This document shows positions 1 to 13,050 of a DNA stretch of 64,000 bases, one piece after another (the stretch's first letter is position 1; each line of letters starts with the position of its first letter). The stretch comes from Vicugna vicugna. Lineage: Eukaryota. A program made the position numbers and the translations under genes. Under the pieces are notes generated by a model, which ran no database searches, was not told the DNA's origin, and was given only the letters and a program-made list of their open reading frames with translations. The stretch spans positions 436,001-500,000 of the forward strand of contig MU058791.1 of the NCBI GenBank assembly GCA_013265495.1, in the 5' to 3' direction.

Positions 1-159
1 AGTTTGGGTACCACCCCACCCTCACACGTGGCTGTTTACCTCCTTCTCCCTTCAGGAGGGTATTCTTGTGCCTTCCTCCCCCGGGAAGCCACTAGAGACG
101 ATCAGCTGTCCTTTTATCAAAACAAGGGAAATGTCCACTGCCGCCTCCTCCTATGAGGG

Positions 160-358
160 CAGGGCTGCTCTGTTGACATTTGGGGCTGGATTGTTCTTTG
201 TGAAGGGGCGTCCAGTGCAGAGGAGGATGCTTAACAGCAGCCCTGGTCTCTGCCCTCTAAGCCGGTACCACCTTCTAAACTTCTGACCACCAAAAATATT
301 TCTAGGCATTACCAAATATCCCCTGGAGGGTGAAACTGCCCCCAGTTGGGAATCACTA
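160..358 (-). mobile_element. MER20 (hAT-Charlie) DNA transposon relic
   Basis: Collinear with the reverse complement of the MER20 consensus (ttgacatttggggctgga...accaaaaat...gcccccagttgggaatcact). Confidence 0.85.
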
Positions 359-1291
359 GATTAGAAGTATGATTATGTATAACATTAACTTTATGGGAAG
401 TATTGATTCAGATCTTTTAAGAGCTTATGTGAAGTATTAAAGCGTTGGAATGGACATTCCAAGTCAAGTATTAGCCACCAGTTGTCTTCCAGAGATGCCA
501 TAAAATAAAGAAAAATAATTTTTTAGGGGAGTCCTAGGCCCCACTGGACCCCAGGTAGAACTGTAGGATTCCCTCCCTTCCCTGGCCCCTCGCCCCCCAC
601 AGCCCTCCTCCTGCCAAAGGGGAGGGTCTCCGCCTGATTATCTGAGCCCGTCTTCTCTCCCACTTTCTCCCCTGTTCCCCCGTCTCCCTCTCCAAGAAAA
701 GCCCTGCTGTCTTTTCTAAGTCTTGAGAAAGTACAGACCTAGGCTGAGAAGGACCAGTCAGTTGAACTCTCCTTGGTACTTGTCCTTCAAAAGAGCAATT
801 TATTGATCCAAATGAATCTCCTGTAGGAGGAAGGAGAGGTCTGGGTTCCTTGGCCATCTCCAGCCTGGACGCAGCCTGGTTTAGGAGCATGGGATCATTG
901 ACTTTACAGCTGTATTGAGTCCCGGGACAGGAAGGTGAAAAATCATAAACTTAAAAAAAAAAAAGTCCTCTCCGCACGCATGATTGGACTCTTACTGTTC
1001 ATCGAAGGCTCCTCCGTCAGCATTCAGGGAAAACAGGAACCACGTGCTGCTGGGTTCCATTAGTTCCCTCCCCTTTCTAACCATCATTTTTATTTCCACC
1101 ATTGACTGGCCCATTTTATTCCATTTTATAACTCATTGAAAGCCTCCTCAGCATACATTTGATTTTCTTCTAATCTGATGCTTCATCCACAGAAGTTATG
1201 TCGCTGTGAATGATAAACACCATCCCTTTCTGTTCCTTTTTGTCATGTTATTTTTGGGTGAAGGGTAGTATTTTTTTTTTCCTTTAGGTTC

Positions 1292-2189
1292 TGTTAAAGA
1301 AAAAAAAAACAATTCTGACATGTTAAAATGGTCAGGAAGGCTTTATTCAAGACTGTTGTGAGAAGGGTGTTGCATTAGGGGAGGGAACTGGGCTCCATTC
1401 CAAGTTCAATGAGGCCATGTGGAGCTGTATATCCACTGAGCAGAGTGAGGGGCCATGGATGGAAAGTCCCTGAGAGGAGACAGCGAGGGTAGGGGATTCT
1501 TGTCAAAGGTGGCAAAGGACCTGGACATTGACAGACTCTGTCCTTTGACCAGACCGGAGGCGGGCCCCATGGAGTCTGCTTTCTGACCAGGCTTGGCCCT
1601 TGGGCTCCACGCTTGGTTGATTGGCTGCCCGCATAGTCCGGTCTTAGCAAGAACCCCGGCGAGTCCCGTCAAGATAAACCCCCAGCCTTGAAACCTGATC
1701 AGATTCCTTTTCCCCCCGCCCTCTGTGGCTGACCCCCCTCACCTGCCTTCTGCAAAACTCCTTAAGTTGGTGCAGCCAGAATCCCCCTTACCCTCCCTAG
1801 TAATTTCCCCTCCCCGACCCCACCCGGCTCCCAGGCTGTAAATCCCCACTTGTCCTTGTTGTGTTAGGGGTGGAGTCGAATCTTCCTCTTCTACTGCAAA
1901 ACCCCGCTGCAGTGAGGGCTCCCCTGGACAAAACCTTCCTTAGGATTTTCCGCATGTGTCTGAATCATTTATTTTTCAACATCATCAAAAGTCGGGGAGA
2001 GGGGTGGGGCAACCTGACGAGCTATCTGGGGAGAGGGGTTCTCAGAGAGGTGGCTAGATTCTTGCGAAGACTGGGCTTTGTGGGAGGGGCAAGAGCAGGA
2101 AGGACACAGACGGCCAAGGTCAAGGCTGGGTGGAGAAGAGGGTGCAGAGGAGCCTGACGGAAGTCTGGTCAAGGAGGGACTCTTGGTCA
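1292..2189 (-). mobile_element. MER31-like ERV1 solo LTR, split by a nested LTR
   Basis: TG...CA ends; perfect 4-bp TSD gttc (1288-1291 and 2190-2193); two pieces at 1292-1528 and 1982-2189. Confidence 0.75.
1529..1981 (+). mobile_element. MER31-like ERV1 solo LTR nested in the opposite orientation
   Basis: tgacagactc...ttttcaaca ends; flanks acat/tcat (3 of 4 match); reverse-complement homology to the outer LTR. Confidence 0.75.
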
Positions 2190-3606
2190 GTTCTCACCAT
2201 TTCTTCCCGGCAGTGGTCGTACCTCTGAAGCCCACCCCCCAAGCCCCCGTGGACTTCTAAGCCCCAGAGACCTGGGCCCAGTCTCAAATTGCTGAAGATG
2301 TTTCATGCCCTCACAGGGGACTGGTTCTGCTGCACAGCCAGGCTGGGAACCACTTTTCTCAACACTTTTCCAAGTCTTGGATGTACAGTGTAGTCACTCT
2401 GCCTAAGAATAGCTTTGAAAAGCCAATGCTTAGAAACCAAAAATTCACCACAAACCATTTACAAGAGAGACTATGGCTTCACCCCTGGGGTCGGGAGGGG
2501 AGCCGGGCAGGCACTGTCGGGGGTGGGGTGGGGTGGGGAACGGCTTTCCCAGTGCAGGTTCATGTTACTGGATGATGGTGGAGCTATCAGTCCTTGACCT
2601 CGTCTCCCTCAGCCACGATGTCATCAGTTGAAACAACGTTGAAAAATGAAAACATGCAGGCACCTCTCCTGTGTTCAGGCCCAGGCCCTGGGGCTGTGAA
2701 CTCCTTCAGTCTCCATAAGCCCTGTCTCCATTTTTTTCGCTGGGAACAACCAGATTCCCCAGTTTCCCATAAGAAAATTGCAAAAGCTGCACTGTTTCCA
2801 GGTCAACCCCAGGACCGCCACGCTTAAGCCCCTCCCGCGTAGACGCCCTGGAGGCGCCCCCGGCGTGCAGGGCTGTAGTGGAGATGGGGCTGTCCTCGGG
2901 CCTTCACTGCACGTCCTGCATTACTGCTGCCTGAGCTCCGACATGTAGTCAGGGAGGCAGACAAGGAAACGTCACAACCCAGGGTCTACAGATAGACAAG
3001 CAGAAGCTTGGAGTACCTTGGACACGTGGCTAGAAAGTGCTGGATCTTCCAACTCTGAGTCATTCCGTGATGACCTCCCACTGCTCCCGGGGAGCCGAGT
3101 GAGTGGGTGTCAGCTGTCCAGGGAGGGGTGGGGGTGCCATGCATCTGCCAGAACCCCGGGATGCGGATGTCCCTGGGGGCAAGGAGAGAGTCCCTTGGGT
3201 TAGAGACAGGTTGCTGACAGGGGTCAGAAAAGAGAAACAGAACAGCACCCGTGAAAGCAACCTTCTCTCCGGGAGTGTCTCCCCTAACCCAAGAAATGAA
3301 CTGACAAGCGTGAGAGGAATCGCTTCCTAACTGCCTCAATAAACGGCTCGTTTTTTTCAAGTAGACCAAATACCAATGAGGGAGAGGAACTAGCATTTAT
3401 TGAAAACCCGTAAGCGCCCATTACCATGCCAGGCCCCCTGAACTGCTTTCATCAAACACTGCTTTTCTTAACGCGCTCACTGTGTCCAAAAGTTCAGATC
3501 TGTTCTTCAGCTGTGACTTTAAGCTTTGGTGGCTGGGTGAGTCTCCCGCAGTTAACCCAGCTTTCAACGTGGTTTGTAAATTTTGTTTTTCTAACTTCCC
3601 TTCTAG

Positions 3607-3792
<186 letters not shown>

Positions 3793-6522
3793 TAAGCAGT
3801 TGAGCCTAGCACGTGATCACAGCCTTCATTCCCCCTGAGGGAGGAATAAAAAGATTGAGAGACACTGGAACAAGTTTGAAGGGAAGTGATTTCCCCTGAA
3901 ACCTTTTAAGAGTTGGGTAGAACTCCTGTTTGACTTGGGTGCGGGCCTGACTGGAGGCCGGGAATTGACTTGGATGAGTTCCCAGGTTCTAAGGCCAGAA
4001 GTGTTGCATGGGCATCTATGTTTTCAAATGACTTACAGGGGCACACAGAGGTAACAGTAAGGTGCAGACACACATGGAACACTGAAAATGTTGCAATAGA
4101 AGCAGCTAGAAAGAAAACATTGATGGGAGGAGTCTGGTTCAAACCTTGATGAACTCACTCTCTGTAATTAGCCAGTCCTGATCTGCCCCAGAGAAGCCAA
4201 GAATTAAAGTTTTTCCTAAAATCAGAACCCCACATCCTTTGTCCCAGACATAACATACAGAATGCAGGCAAAGCTGACAACGCAGACATACAGAATGCAG
4301 GCAGATCTGGATACTGACATCCTAAGACTCCTCTTCCATCTTCTCAGCCCTGGAGAAGGGCCGTTGGAACCGTGTGTGACATTTTTGAAACCTGTGAATG
4401 TATTTGTTCATCCCGCAAATGTGTATTAAAATGCCTGCCATGTACCAGACGCTGTCCTGGGCCCTGGGGTGAGGACAGTGAATGAGACCGGCAGGCTGAG
4501 GAAAGCAGGCCTCACACTAAGCTGGTCTGGGGCCCACAGCATTGTGGGAAACTCTGAATGACCTTGGAGGCACTTCAGGGCCCTTCAAGTGCTTGCGTGA
4601 CAATGGGTGTTAAGTCACCACTGTTAGGTCACAGCTCCTGCATTTTTAAAGGAACTCGGAGGTGAAAAGAACAGAACTGAGGGAACAGAGAATAAAATGA
4701 GGGGGAAGGAAGGAAGCAATAGAGATTTAAGAGGTGTCGAGATGGGGCGAAAGGTGGCAGGGGAGGAAAGGGTGTAGTCAGCACCTCCTAGCCCTCGACT
4801 GTCGCAGGCCAGGACTTTGTCCCTGGGTCGTGTATACGCACTGGGCAGAGAAGGAGACAGAGTTCTGGTCGTGTTTAAGAAGCCAGTGCATCTGAGGGAG
4901 ATTAATGGTAGGGCTAGCCATCTCCGTTGTAGGGTAAAAAGTGATGGTTTCAGGAAGAGCCGGACCCCACCAGGGGGACCCAGCAGCTGTGATGAGAGAT
5001 GATGTGTAACGCCTGTGTATGCCCAGAGGTGGGGGCTGTGGGTGGAAATGTGAGTGCGTGTGTGTGTGGAATTTCTCCAGTTCAGTCCAAGCCACCAAGC
5101 AAGCAGCAAATAAAAATGAATGAGACAAACTTATTCTCATTTCTCTTAAGAGATGGGAGGAAAAAAAGCCTGTTCCAACTGTGATGAATAATAGACATCA
5201 GAAAAAGGAAAGGCCTGTGAGGTCATGGGGCCAGTCTCCTGTCCAGAGTGGCTTTGCTCTGTTCTGCAGGGGCTGCTGCCCAGGCCATGGAGGGCCAGGG
5301 AACTGGGGATGCTATAGCCTCCCAGCGAGGCTCTCGGGCTGCAATTTAGGTGTTCTGATAAAGAATGTCCATATTTACACGTGCATCACACCATTCTCTC
5401 ATTTGACTCTGATGTTGGAAATCTCTAGCACTTTCTAAATTGCTTTTTGCTTTTTTGTGTCTTGGCAGAGTCTATGGAATAGCGGTTTTCTCTGGGTTTC
5501 TGAGTGGCTGCCGTCCGAGCGGTCTGGTTCTGTTTAGATGTCGGACGTGTATGAGTCTGGGAACTGGGAATGATGTTTGGATGTGGCCCTTGCCCTTACC
5601 ACCCTAAAAGGTGGCAAGTAGAGCCATCGGGTAATTCTGTCATCAGATACAGAGTTTTCTTTGAGTGGGGAAAGGGAAGTCATGGACTATGGGAATATAG
5701 TGATACTGTGTTCGTATTTATTAAGCACCAAGAAGACTCTTGGGAGACCTTCTAGAGCAAGGAAGAGACAACATTGGCAAGGCCATGTCCACGCAAACAT
5801 GCCTTGGGCAGAGAGCAGCTGAGCTTGGGCTGTTCCTCCATAACAGTCTGCATGGCAAGCTCCTATTCAGCCATCAAAACCCAGCTTACATGACCCCCTT
5901 TTGGTTGCTTTCCCATCACCCATCCTCCCCTTTATCATCCTGGTTCTTTACCTTTTCTTGTCATGGCTTAGATCACATCCCATCAGGGTTTGTATTTATC
6001 TGTGTCTGTCCCCCACTGCACTAGAGCAGGGGCTGTGTCGTACTCATCTTTGCACAGGTGCTTGTTGAATTGAATAGAAACCTAAGGTTCATGGAAATAG
6101 CAATTTTTCTTCCTCAGCTCCCTTTCCATTCATTCAACATGCATTTATGGAATTCCTGGTATGTGTCCTACACAGTAGTTCGGTGTTATGAATACAAATA
6201 TGAATTAGACAGTTTCTGACCGCCAAAGATTCACAGAATTGTGAGAGCCAGAGGGTTAACAAGTAAACTGAATGATGTATGATAAGCGCTACATTATTTA
6301 TCATTCAAGAAATTACTTATTTAGTGCCCACCTTCTGTTCTAGCAGTGGGGATATATCAGGAGAAAGAAAAAAAAAGCAGATAAAAATCCCCAACCTCAT
6401 AGTACTTAACATTTGAGTGAGAGAGAGGCAGACTATAAGCAAACAGCTTAATATATTAATTAGTATCTTAGATAGTGACAAGTGCTATGGAGAAGAATAA
6501 AGCAGGAAAGAGAATAGAAAGT

Positions 6523-6524
<2 letters not shown>

Positions 6525-6560
<36 letters not shown>
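6525..6560 (+). repeat. (GT)18 microsatellite
   Basis: Direct reading. Confidence 0.97.
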
Positions 6561-6563
<3 letters not shown>

Positions 6564-7178
6564 GGGTTGTAATTTTAAATACACTGATCAAGCAGCCCTC
6601 ACCAAGAAGGTGACAATGGGGTAAAGATTTGCTAGATGTGAAGGAGCTGGTCATGCTGTTTTGGGAAGGAAGAGCATTCCAAGGATGGTGCAAAGGCCCT
6701 GAGGCAGGAGTGGGGGAGGGGGGAGTAGCAACAGGAACAGGATGAGAAAACAGGAAGTCAGAGAAGTAATGGGCAGAGCATGTGCAGACCAGGACTTAGA
6801 AATCATTGTCAAGACTGGGAGGTGGGAAGCCATCAGAGGGTTCTGAGTAAGACACAACATGATCGAACTTTTACCAGGATCCCTGTAGGGGACTGGCTGG
6901 GATAAGGAGAGATGATGGGGGTGCAGGGCCAGGGTGAAGACCAGTTAGAAGTCTCTGGAACTATCCAGGTGAGAAATAGTGAGAACTCAGTCCGGTCAGC
7001 AGAGTGGAATTGATGAGTAATCATCAGGTTTGGAATATAATGTGAAGATAATGTCACCAAGAATTTCTGTAAAAGTAAAAGTCGGATTTGAAAGAGAGAA
7101 GTCAAGGTTAATTCCAAGGTTTTTGACCTGAGCACCTGGAAGGGTGTAGTGGCCTTTAATTAAGATATGGGAGGAGGA

Positions 7179-7268
7179 AGGAGGGTACAGCTCTGTGACA
7201 GAGCATGTGCTTAGCATGCACAAGGTCCTGGGTTCAACCCTCAGTACCTGCATCAAAAAGGAAAAAAA
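7179..7268 (+). mobile_element. tRNA(Ala)-derived SINE, Vic-1 type (camelid)
   Basis: ggagggtacagctc...gcttagcatgcacaaggtcctgggttcaaccctcagtacc with A/B-box-like motifs, A-rich tail and imperfect TSD atg(t)ggaggagga. Confidence 0.8.
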
Positions 7269-7348
7269 TGTGGAGGAGGACATTGCAGAAATATCACCAG
7301 GGGTTTGGGTTCAGATCTGATAAAGGTAAGGAAGGCGTCTGGAATTGT

Positions 7349-7974
7349 GGGGAGATTCTCATTACGCCAAGTAGTTATGTTCCATAAGGTCGTGGTGAGT
7401 GTGAATTAGCAAATGCTGAGCTGCTGCTCCCAGGGGAAAAAATAAATTTGGGTTCCCGCGAGCCTCTGATCCCAGCGCTGACATCAACTGGTCGATACTT
7501 AGCCTTGTTGTATGTGTGTCTCTCTGTTCAGCGACACTTTATGTAGTAGTAGTTCATTAACGTTGAAGCCAGGCCAGCAGCACTGTAACTCGTGTCTAAA
7601 GGAAGCTGATCTAGCTTTTTTCCCATTTCCCCATGAGGCTCACTTGGCCTTCTTGTGCTCAGGAACACCGGACAGCTCTTCAGCGCTGACACCTGGGGGC
7701 CATTTGTAATAATGAAATCAACAAAATGCACAAACATGTGGAAACCGTGGCACTGGCTAGACCGTGAAAACTACACTCATAGACCAAACAAGAGGGCAGA
7801 GCGTTGCCGTGTTTGACCTCAGCTGGGCACGTGCACCTCCAAGTTCCGGCCACTCTGTGCGTGTCTACAAATGACCGCAGAAGCATCCTAAGCATTGATT
7901 TGGGGGGTACACGTGAATTTTGGCGAGTAGGCAGATTTGCAAATATGGAATCCCCGTGTAGTGGGGATGGACTG
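7349..7974 (-). mobile_element. MER82 (TcMar-Tigger) near full-length non-autonomous transposon
   Basis: Collinear with the MER82 reverse complement over ~630 bp; ends gactg|TA. Confidence 0.85.
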
Positions 7975-10900
7975 TATTTGGAAGCTGATAGTTTCTGGGT
8001 GCGTTTTAAAGCTGTGAACCTGATGAAACCATCAAGGGAGGTGGGTGTAGATGGAGGAGAGAGGAAAGGTCCCAGGGCTGAGTCCTGGGGACTCAGAGGG
8101 ACTGAGAAGGGACAGTGGGAGGGAGGAAGATGACGAGGGGAGTATGGCATCTGGAAAGTGCTTCAAGGATGAAGAACTGTGTGTCAGTTGTGGCTACTGA
8201 GTCAGATGAGATGAAGGCTGAGTGAGTGGGGGCCACTGGTTGGGGGGACCTTAAGCTATGGAGTAGTTGAACAATTAATGAAGCCTGTGGGAGCCTGGCA
8301 GTCAAAGTGATGCCAGGGAGGACATGAAACACGTCTTCATAAGAGGAGCCCAGCATGCTGTGTCTGTGTGGGGCTGGAGAAAGCCACGTCCCCCTGCTCA
8401 CCTCCCCCGACCCCAGCAGTAGCTGTAAGATGGAGACACTCTCTGGGATCTTGGACAAAGAAGCTACAGCCTCATTTTTGCCTGGCAGTTTGATTTGAAC
8501 AGGGCAGAGCCATTGGGCATCTATGTGAGAGGAGGGAGGGGGGCCACTCCCCTCCCCGTCCTTGGGGCCACGCTTCCCACAAGCCCAAGCCGGGAGTGGA
8601 GGAATGCAGTCTGCTTTCAGCTCTAGTTCAGATTCCTTCTAGGGAGCGCTGGTTTCAACTGGTGAGTGCTGTTGTGTTCTTGTATCAGTTATTGTTACCT
8701 AAATGACTATTCAGCTACGTAGGTAGTTTTGCCGGCATCAGGATTATGACTTCAGTATAAATGAGTTCTTTAATAATGAAGAAATAATGAAAAAGGAGCT
8801 GTTTATCCCAAGTACCCCAGTGCACACGGTGCCTTGGGAGAAGGCAGAGGAATCTGAGCACTGTGAACTTCACCCTTGACCCTGAGCAGCTGCCTGGTCC
8901 TCACACACCCTGTATGAGGAACCAGGGTCCGTGCAGAGCGTCAGGTCACTGATAGCAGGAGATGGCAGGCATCTCTCCATCCAGGTATACTGAGTTCCTA
9001 CTGCGGGCAGCTCACAGGCCTCCTCCGATGCAGTATGGCCAGTGGGCGATGCAGACCCGGATGAGGTAGCATGTTTGCAGGATGAAGTAACTGACATATT
9101 TCAGAAGCAGCCTCACAAATGCTGGTGAGAGAGGGATCAGGAGACAATTCTTAGAGGAGGAGGGGCATGAAGGAAGGCTGGAACTCGGGCTGAGATGAAG
9201 GGAGCCGTGGATGCGGTCCAGCAGGAGAACAAAGACCCAGAGTCGTGAGCCGCGTCTTGTACGCAGGGTCTGGGGGAAAGGCGCAGGCTCACTTGGCTTC
9301 GAGGGAGGGCTTGATCAATATGTTCTTGGAGATAATTTAGGAGAAATGATAGGGCCATCTGGTAGGAACCAGCTCCTCGGGGTAGTGTGGTGACGGTCTC
9401 CCTGGTACAGACCTGGATTTAGAATCCGTTCTGCTGAGTCAGATACAGCATTCCCTGTGGCATCACCAATACAAGATAGAAGTCAGAGCTACGGATGTTT
9501 GTAAAATTACTTATTTGACTTGCTCTACTGCATTAATTAAAATATCCAGCTGGCTCTCCTGAATCACTGAAGAGAAACAGTAAGTCACAGAAAGCATCCG
9601 TTTCAGCCATGAAATTGATCAGAGACGAAAGATAACAAAAGTACTTCTGTTGGTAGAGGAAAGCCCATTGTTTAGTTTCTTGATGTTGCTTTTTGCATGG
9701 TGATGTGATTTCTCAGATTCTGTGGGTCTCCTGCTCCTGGTTTGAGAAAGAAAATTAAACTCTTTTAAAAGAACTTCAAACTGTGGCTCCAGATGAAGTG
9801 ACAAAGGGCCTCACCAGAGGAGGGCAAACGTGTGTTCTCTTACTTATTCTTCTGAAGAAGGAGTCTGTCTTTTTCAGGAATTGCAAACTTCACTTTTAGA
9901 AAGGGCGAGAAAGCTGGGGTGGTGCTGGGGTGGCCCTGGAGCGGCAGGACTTTTAACTGCTCTGTGATGTTTGATTTTGAACTAAATGAGACTTCTTTTT
10001 TTTTTCTCATCGAGCCTTATTGAGTGATGACCCTTGCTTTGCAATATTCCACTGGGGGGTGCGCACCAGCAGCCAGTCTTTTCATCAGTGGGTGTTACTC
10101 AAAAATAAGACAGAGCATTTATGTCTGATCCATGCTTGTGCTTGGAAGCGGAGCTACATCGTGGTTCTTTAGAGGGTGGCTAATTGGTAGGTTACTTAAA
10201 CTGTGGAGAGGGAGTCATTTCCTCTCGAAACGTAGCTGCCTGCATAGACATTGCAGAAGGCTTTGGTTCAGCCCGTGCCTAAAGGAGTTTCAGCAAGTTT
10301 CGCTGAGTTCTCTTCTAAATGGAAATGGAGGCCAGTTGGTCAACATTCTTGGCGTATTTTTTCATTATTAGAAGAATGCTCTTAATTCATGGGATCATCA
10401 CATTTTTAAAGCTTCAGGAAGGGCTTGAGGTTAGGATGAGAGCTGGGAAATGGGGATTCCAGCAATATTGCAATATTGGAGTGAGGACCTGTTCCCACAG
10501 TCCCCCAGCCTGTCGTCGGTGGCGGTCACAACAGTGGGTCTTGAGTGCGAGATTCTGTGTATCTCTGCCATTGGTTCGGTTAAGGGAGGTCTGAGCCCTG
10601 CCCTCAGACTCTTGGGTTCTCAGTTTCTCTCTTGTAAAATAAGTGTGCTGAACTGATGGACCTCCGTGATTTTTTTTTTCTGGTTCCCCCATCCTGTATT
10701 TCTCCAGATGTGTGACTTAATAACCTTTAAGCGGATAAATATTCATGTCAAGGAAATTGACTGTCACTTTCCCACATCCTTACTCAGAACAGACAGGAAA
10801 AACCTCAGCTAGGTTGACATCATCCATTTCTGTCCTCTCGAGCAAGCTGAGCCATGTCAGTTCCTTTGATCTTGTCTCCTAGACCCTCTGTTTCTAATGC

Positions 10901-12762
10901 TTTAATCTTCCCCCTTCTGTGTGGTCATTCTCTCCAAGAGAGCTTGGTTTTTATCTGTTGTTCACTTAAATACCGTATTTAAGTACACGGCTATGAACAT
11001 GACATCAGTGTTCTCACCCTCTCAAACGGTTAGCGTTGAAACAGGACTTTATGTAACTGACAAGTTGTCGCATGGGGCACAGCTAAGTAGGCGGAGGACT
11101 CAGATAAGAACTTTCTCTTCTCTCTCAGCAGCTACTCAGTAACAGCCAGCAGCGACTATTTCATCACACTGGGAGCTGCCAGCAGACCCCGCTTGTCAGA
11201 AAGAACAGGGCACCCCCACGTGGGGAGACTTGCAGGGCCCATGGTTAGCCTGGACGTAATGAATGTGGACGTGGGCAAAGTCAACCCAGCCCTGCCTTGG
11301 AGGAACCCCCACCCCGCAGGTTCAGTCCCACTAAATCCCTCTTAACACCCTTTGTGAAGCACTTTCCATCCTTTTAGAATTCCTTAACAGCTCCTCTCTA
11401 AATCTTTAACATTGGGATGGAGTTTCATGGTTTCTAAACTGGTACCATTTTGTGGTGGCAGAGAGGAAAGACACACTACAGCATTTTGTAACTTTTTTCT
11501 TTTAATGGTTATAAACTCCAACATTGGAATGACTGGAACAGCCTTTTTCATTCTGAAGTGCAGCGCATCAGATTTCAGAAGCGAGGATGGGCGTATGTGC
11601 AAAGTAGCCATCCGGTTGCGGTCACAAGTGGGTTAGGGCGGAGGCTGAATCTTGGGACCACCTGTACGGAACACATTACAGGGTGATTCGCTGCCACATT
11701 GCTCTGAAATGCCTTACTCAGAGCATTTTTCTTCCTCCATTGCACAGAGTTCCAGGTCTCTCCCACATTTTAAAACACCAGACACCAGCTGCCCTCCCAT
11801 TTTCCACTCCCTTCCTGTGCCAGAGCCTAGCTCCACCACCCACCAGCCACATTTTGGCCTCAGTAGCGTTTGAATAGTAACCCAGCTTAGATCGGACTGG
11901 TAATGAGAAACCAGGATGGTGCTCTTATGGGGGACTCTTCATGCCTGTGGTAAAATTCAAGAAGCTACTAGGAAAATCCAAATGAGCTGCCCTTCTGTGA
12001 GGCATTTTTAGTAAATTACAACTGTAAGGGAGGATGAGAAAGGAGCCTCTAACCGGGAGGAAGAGAGCAGTGCTGGCCCAGGAACCTTCCGCTCCCCTTC
12101 ACCTCTGCAACTTCCGGCTGAAGACAAACCCCAGGCAAGGAATGATTCTGCATTTCAGCTGCATTTTTATTTGCAAACAATCCAGACTGCAATAGTCCAA
12201 ACCCAGGTGAAGTAACACCTGTTTATTAAGATGCTCACAATAAAGTCTCTCATTATCTGGGGTTTTCCTTTTTAATACCCCTCCTGCTGAAAATTCTACT
12301 GACAGGAAGCAGACCTGAGTAAACACACACAAGACGGCTTCCTTGTTGTGATGCATCCTAATTACATTGTAACATAATGTCTTACTGAGGCCTCACTCTC
12401 CTCTGAGTTGTATGCCTGACTCATATTTTCCTTGATCTTTAGAATTTTGTTTACCATCTCTGAGCAGGCCACTGCTGGGTAGAAATGTCATCCTTCCCTC
12501 CCACCGCTTAAACAAAATCCTTCTCTCCACCTCGGTGATGCGCGGTGTCGCTCACTGTGCGGAACCACACTGCAGTCTGGTTTAAGACCCTCTCCTCTTG
12601 TCAGGCTCTGTGGCTCCATGGATAGCGCACTGGACTTATAAAACTCTCTGCTCTTATCCACCAGCAAAGGAGCCACGCTCCCTCCCACCATCTGGGGAAA
12701 TTCCTCAAGGATAGGAAGACGTGGATGAAGTATCTAGCCCTGGACACAGATCCCTAATAGTA

Positions 12763-13050
12763 CAGTTAGCTATCTGGATCCATGGGTTCCACTCCTCGAT
12801 TCAACCCACCACAGATCAAAAATACTTTTAAAATTTTGCCTGAAGCCTTGAAAAAACAAAACTTGAATTCACTGCATGCCTGCAGTGATTTACACAGACT
12901 GTACTGGGTGCTAGAGATGATGTGAAGTGTAAGGGAGGGTGTCAGTAAGATGTAAATACTATGCTATCTTATGTGTGGGGCTTTGGCATCCACTGATTTT
13001 GGCACTGGCCGGGGGCCCTGCCCCTCCTACCCTGTGGATACTGCGGGAAC
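12763..13050. mobile_element. MER2/MER2B-like Tigger element
   Basis: TA|cagt start, catgggttcc..gattcaacc, aaaacttgaatt, ctagagatgat, gattttggca..gtggatact. Confidence 0.7.

Larger units (their letters stand above)
6295..8300 (-). mobile_element. LINE-2 (L2a-like) antisense relic, interrupted by a SINE and MER82
   Basis: L2 3'-end (tcattcaagaaattacttatttagtgcc) and typical purine-rich L2 body that resumes after 7975; boundaries approximate. Confidence 0.75.

Noticed and set aside
2519..2538. GGGGT-repeat G-quadruplex motif
   Set aside because: Common in GC-rich introns; nothing else suggests function.
4253..4303. 18-bp direct repeat acatacagaatgcaggca, 33 nt apart
   Set aside because: Only two copies; a local duplication, not a CRISPR-like or other array.
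7179..7256. tRNA-like sequence
   Set aside because: Degenerate arms, A-rich tail and TSD mark it as a SINE rather than a functional tRNA gene.
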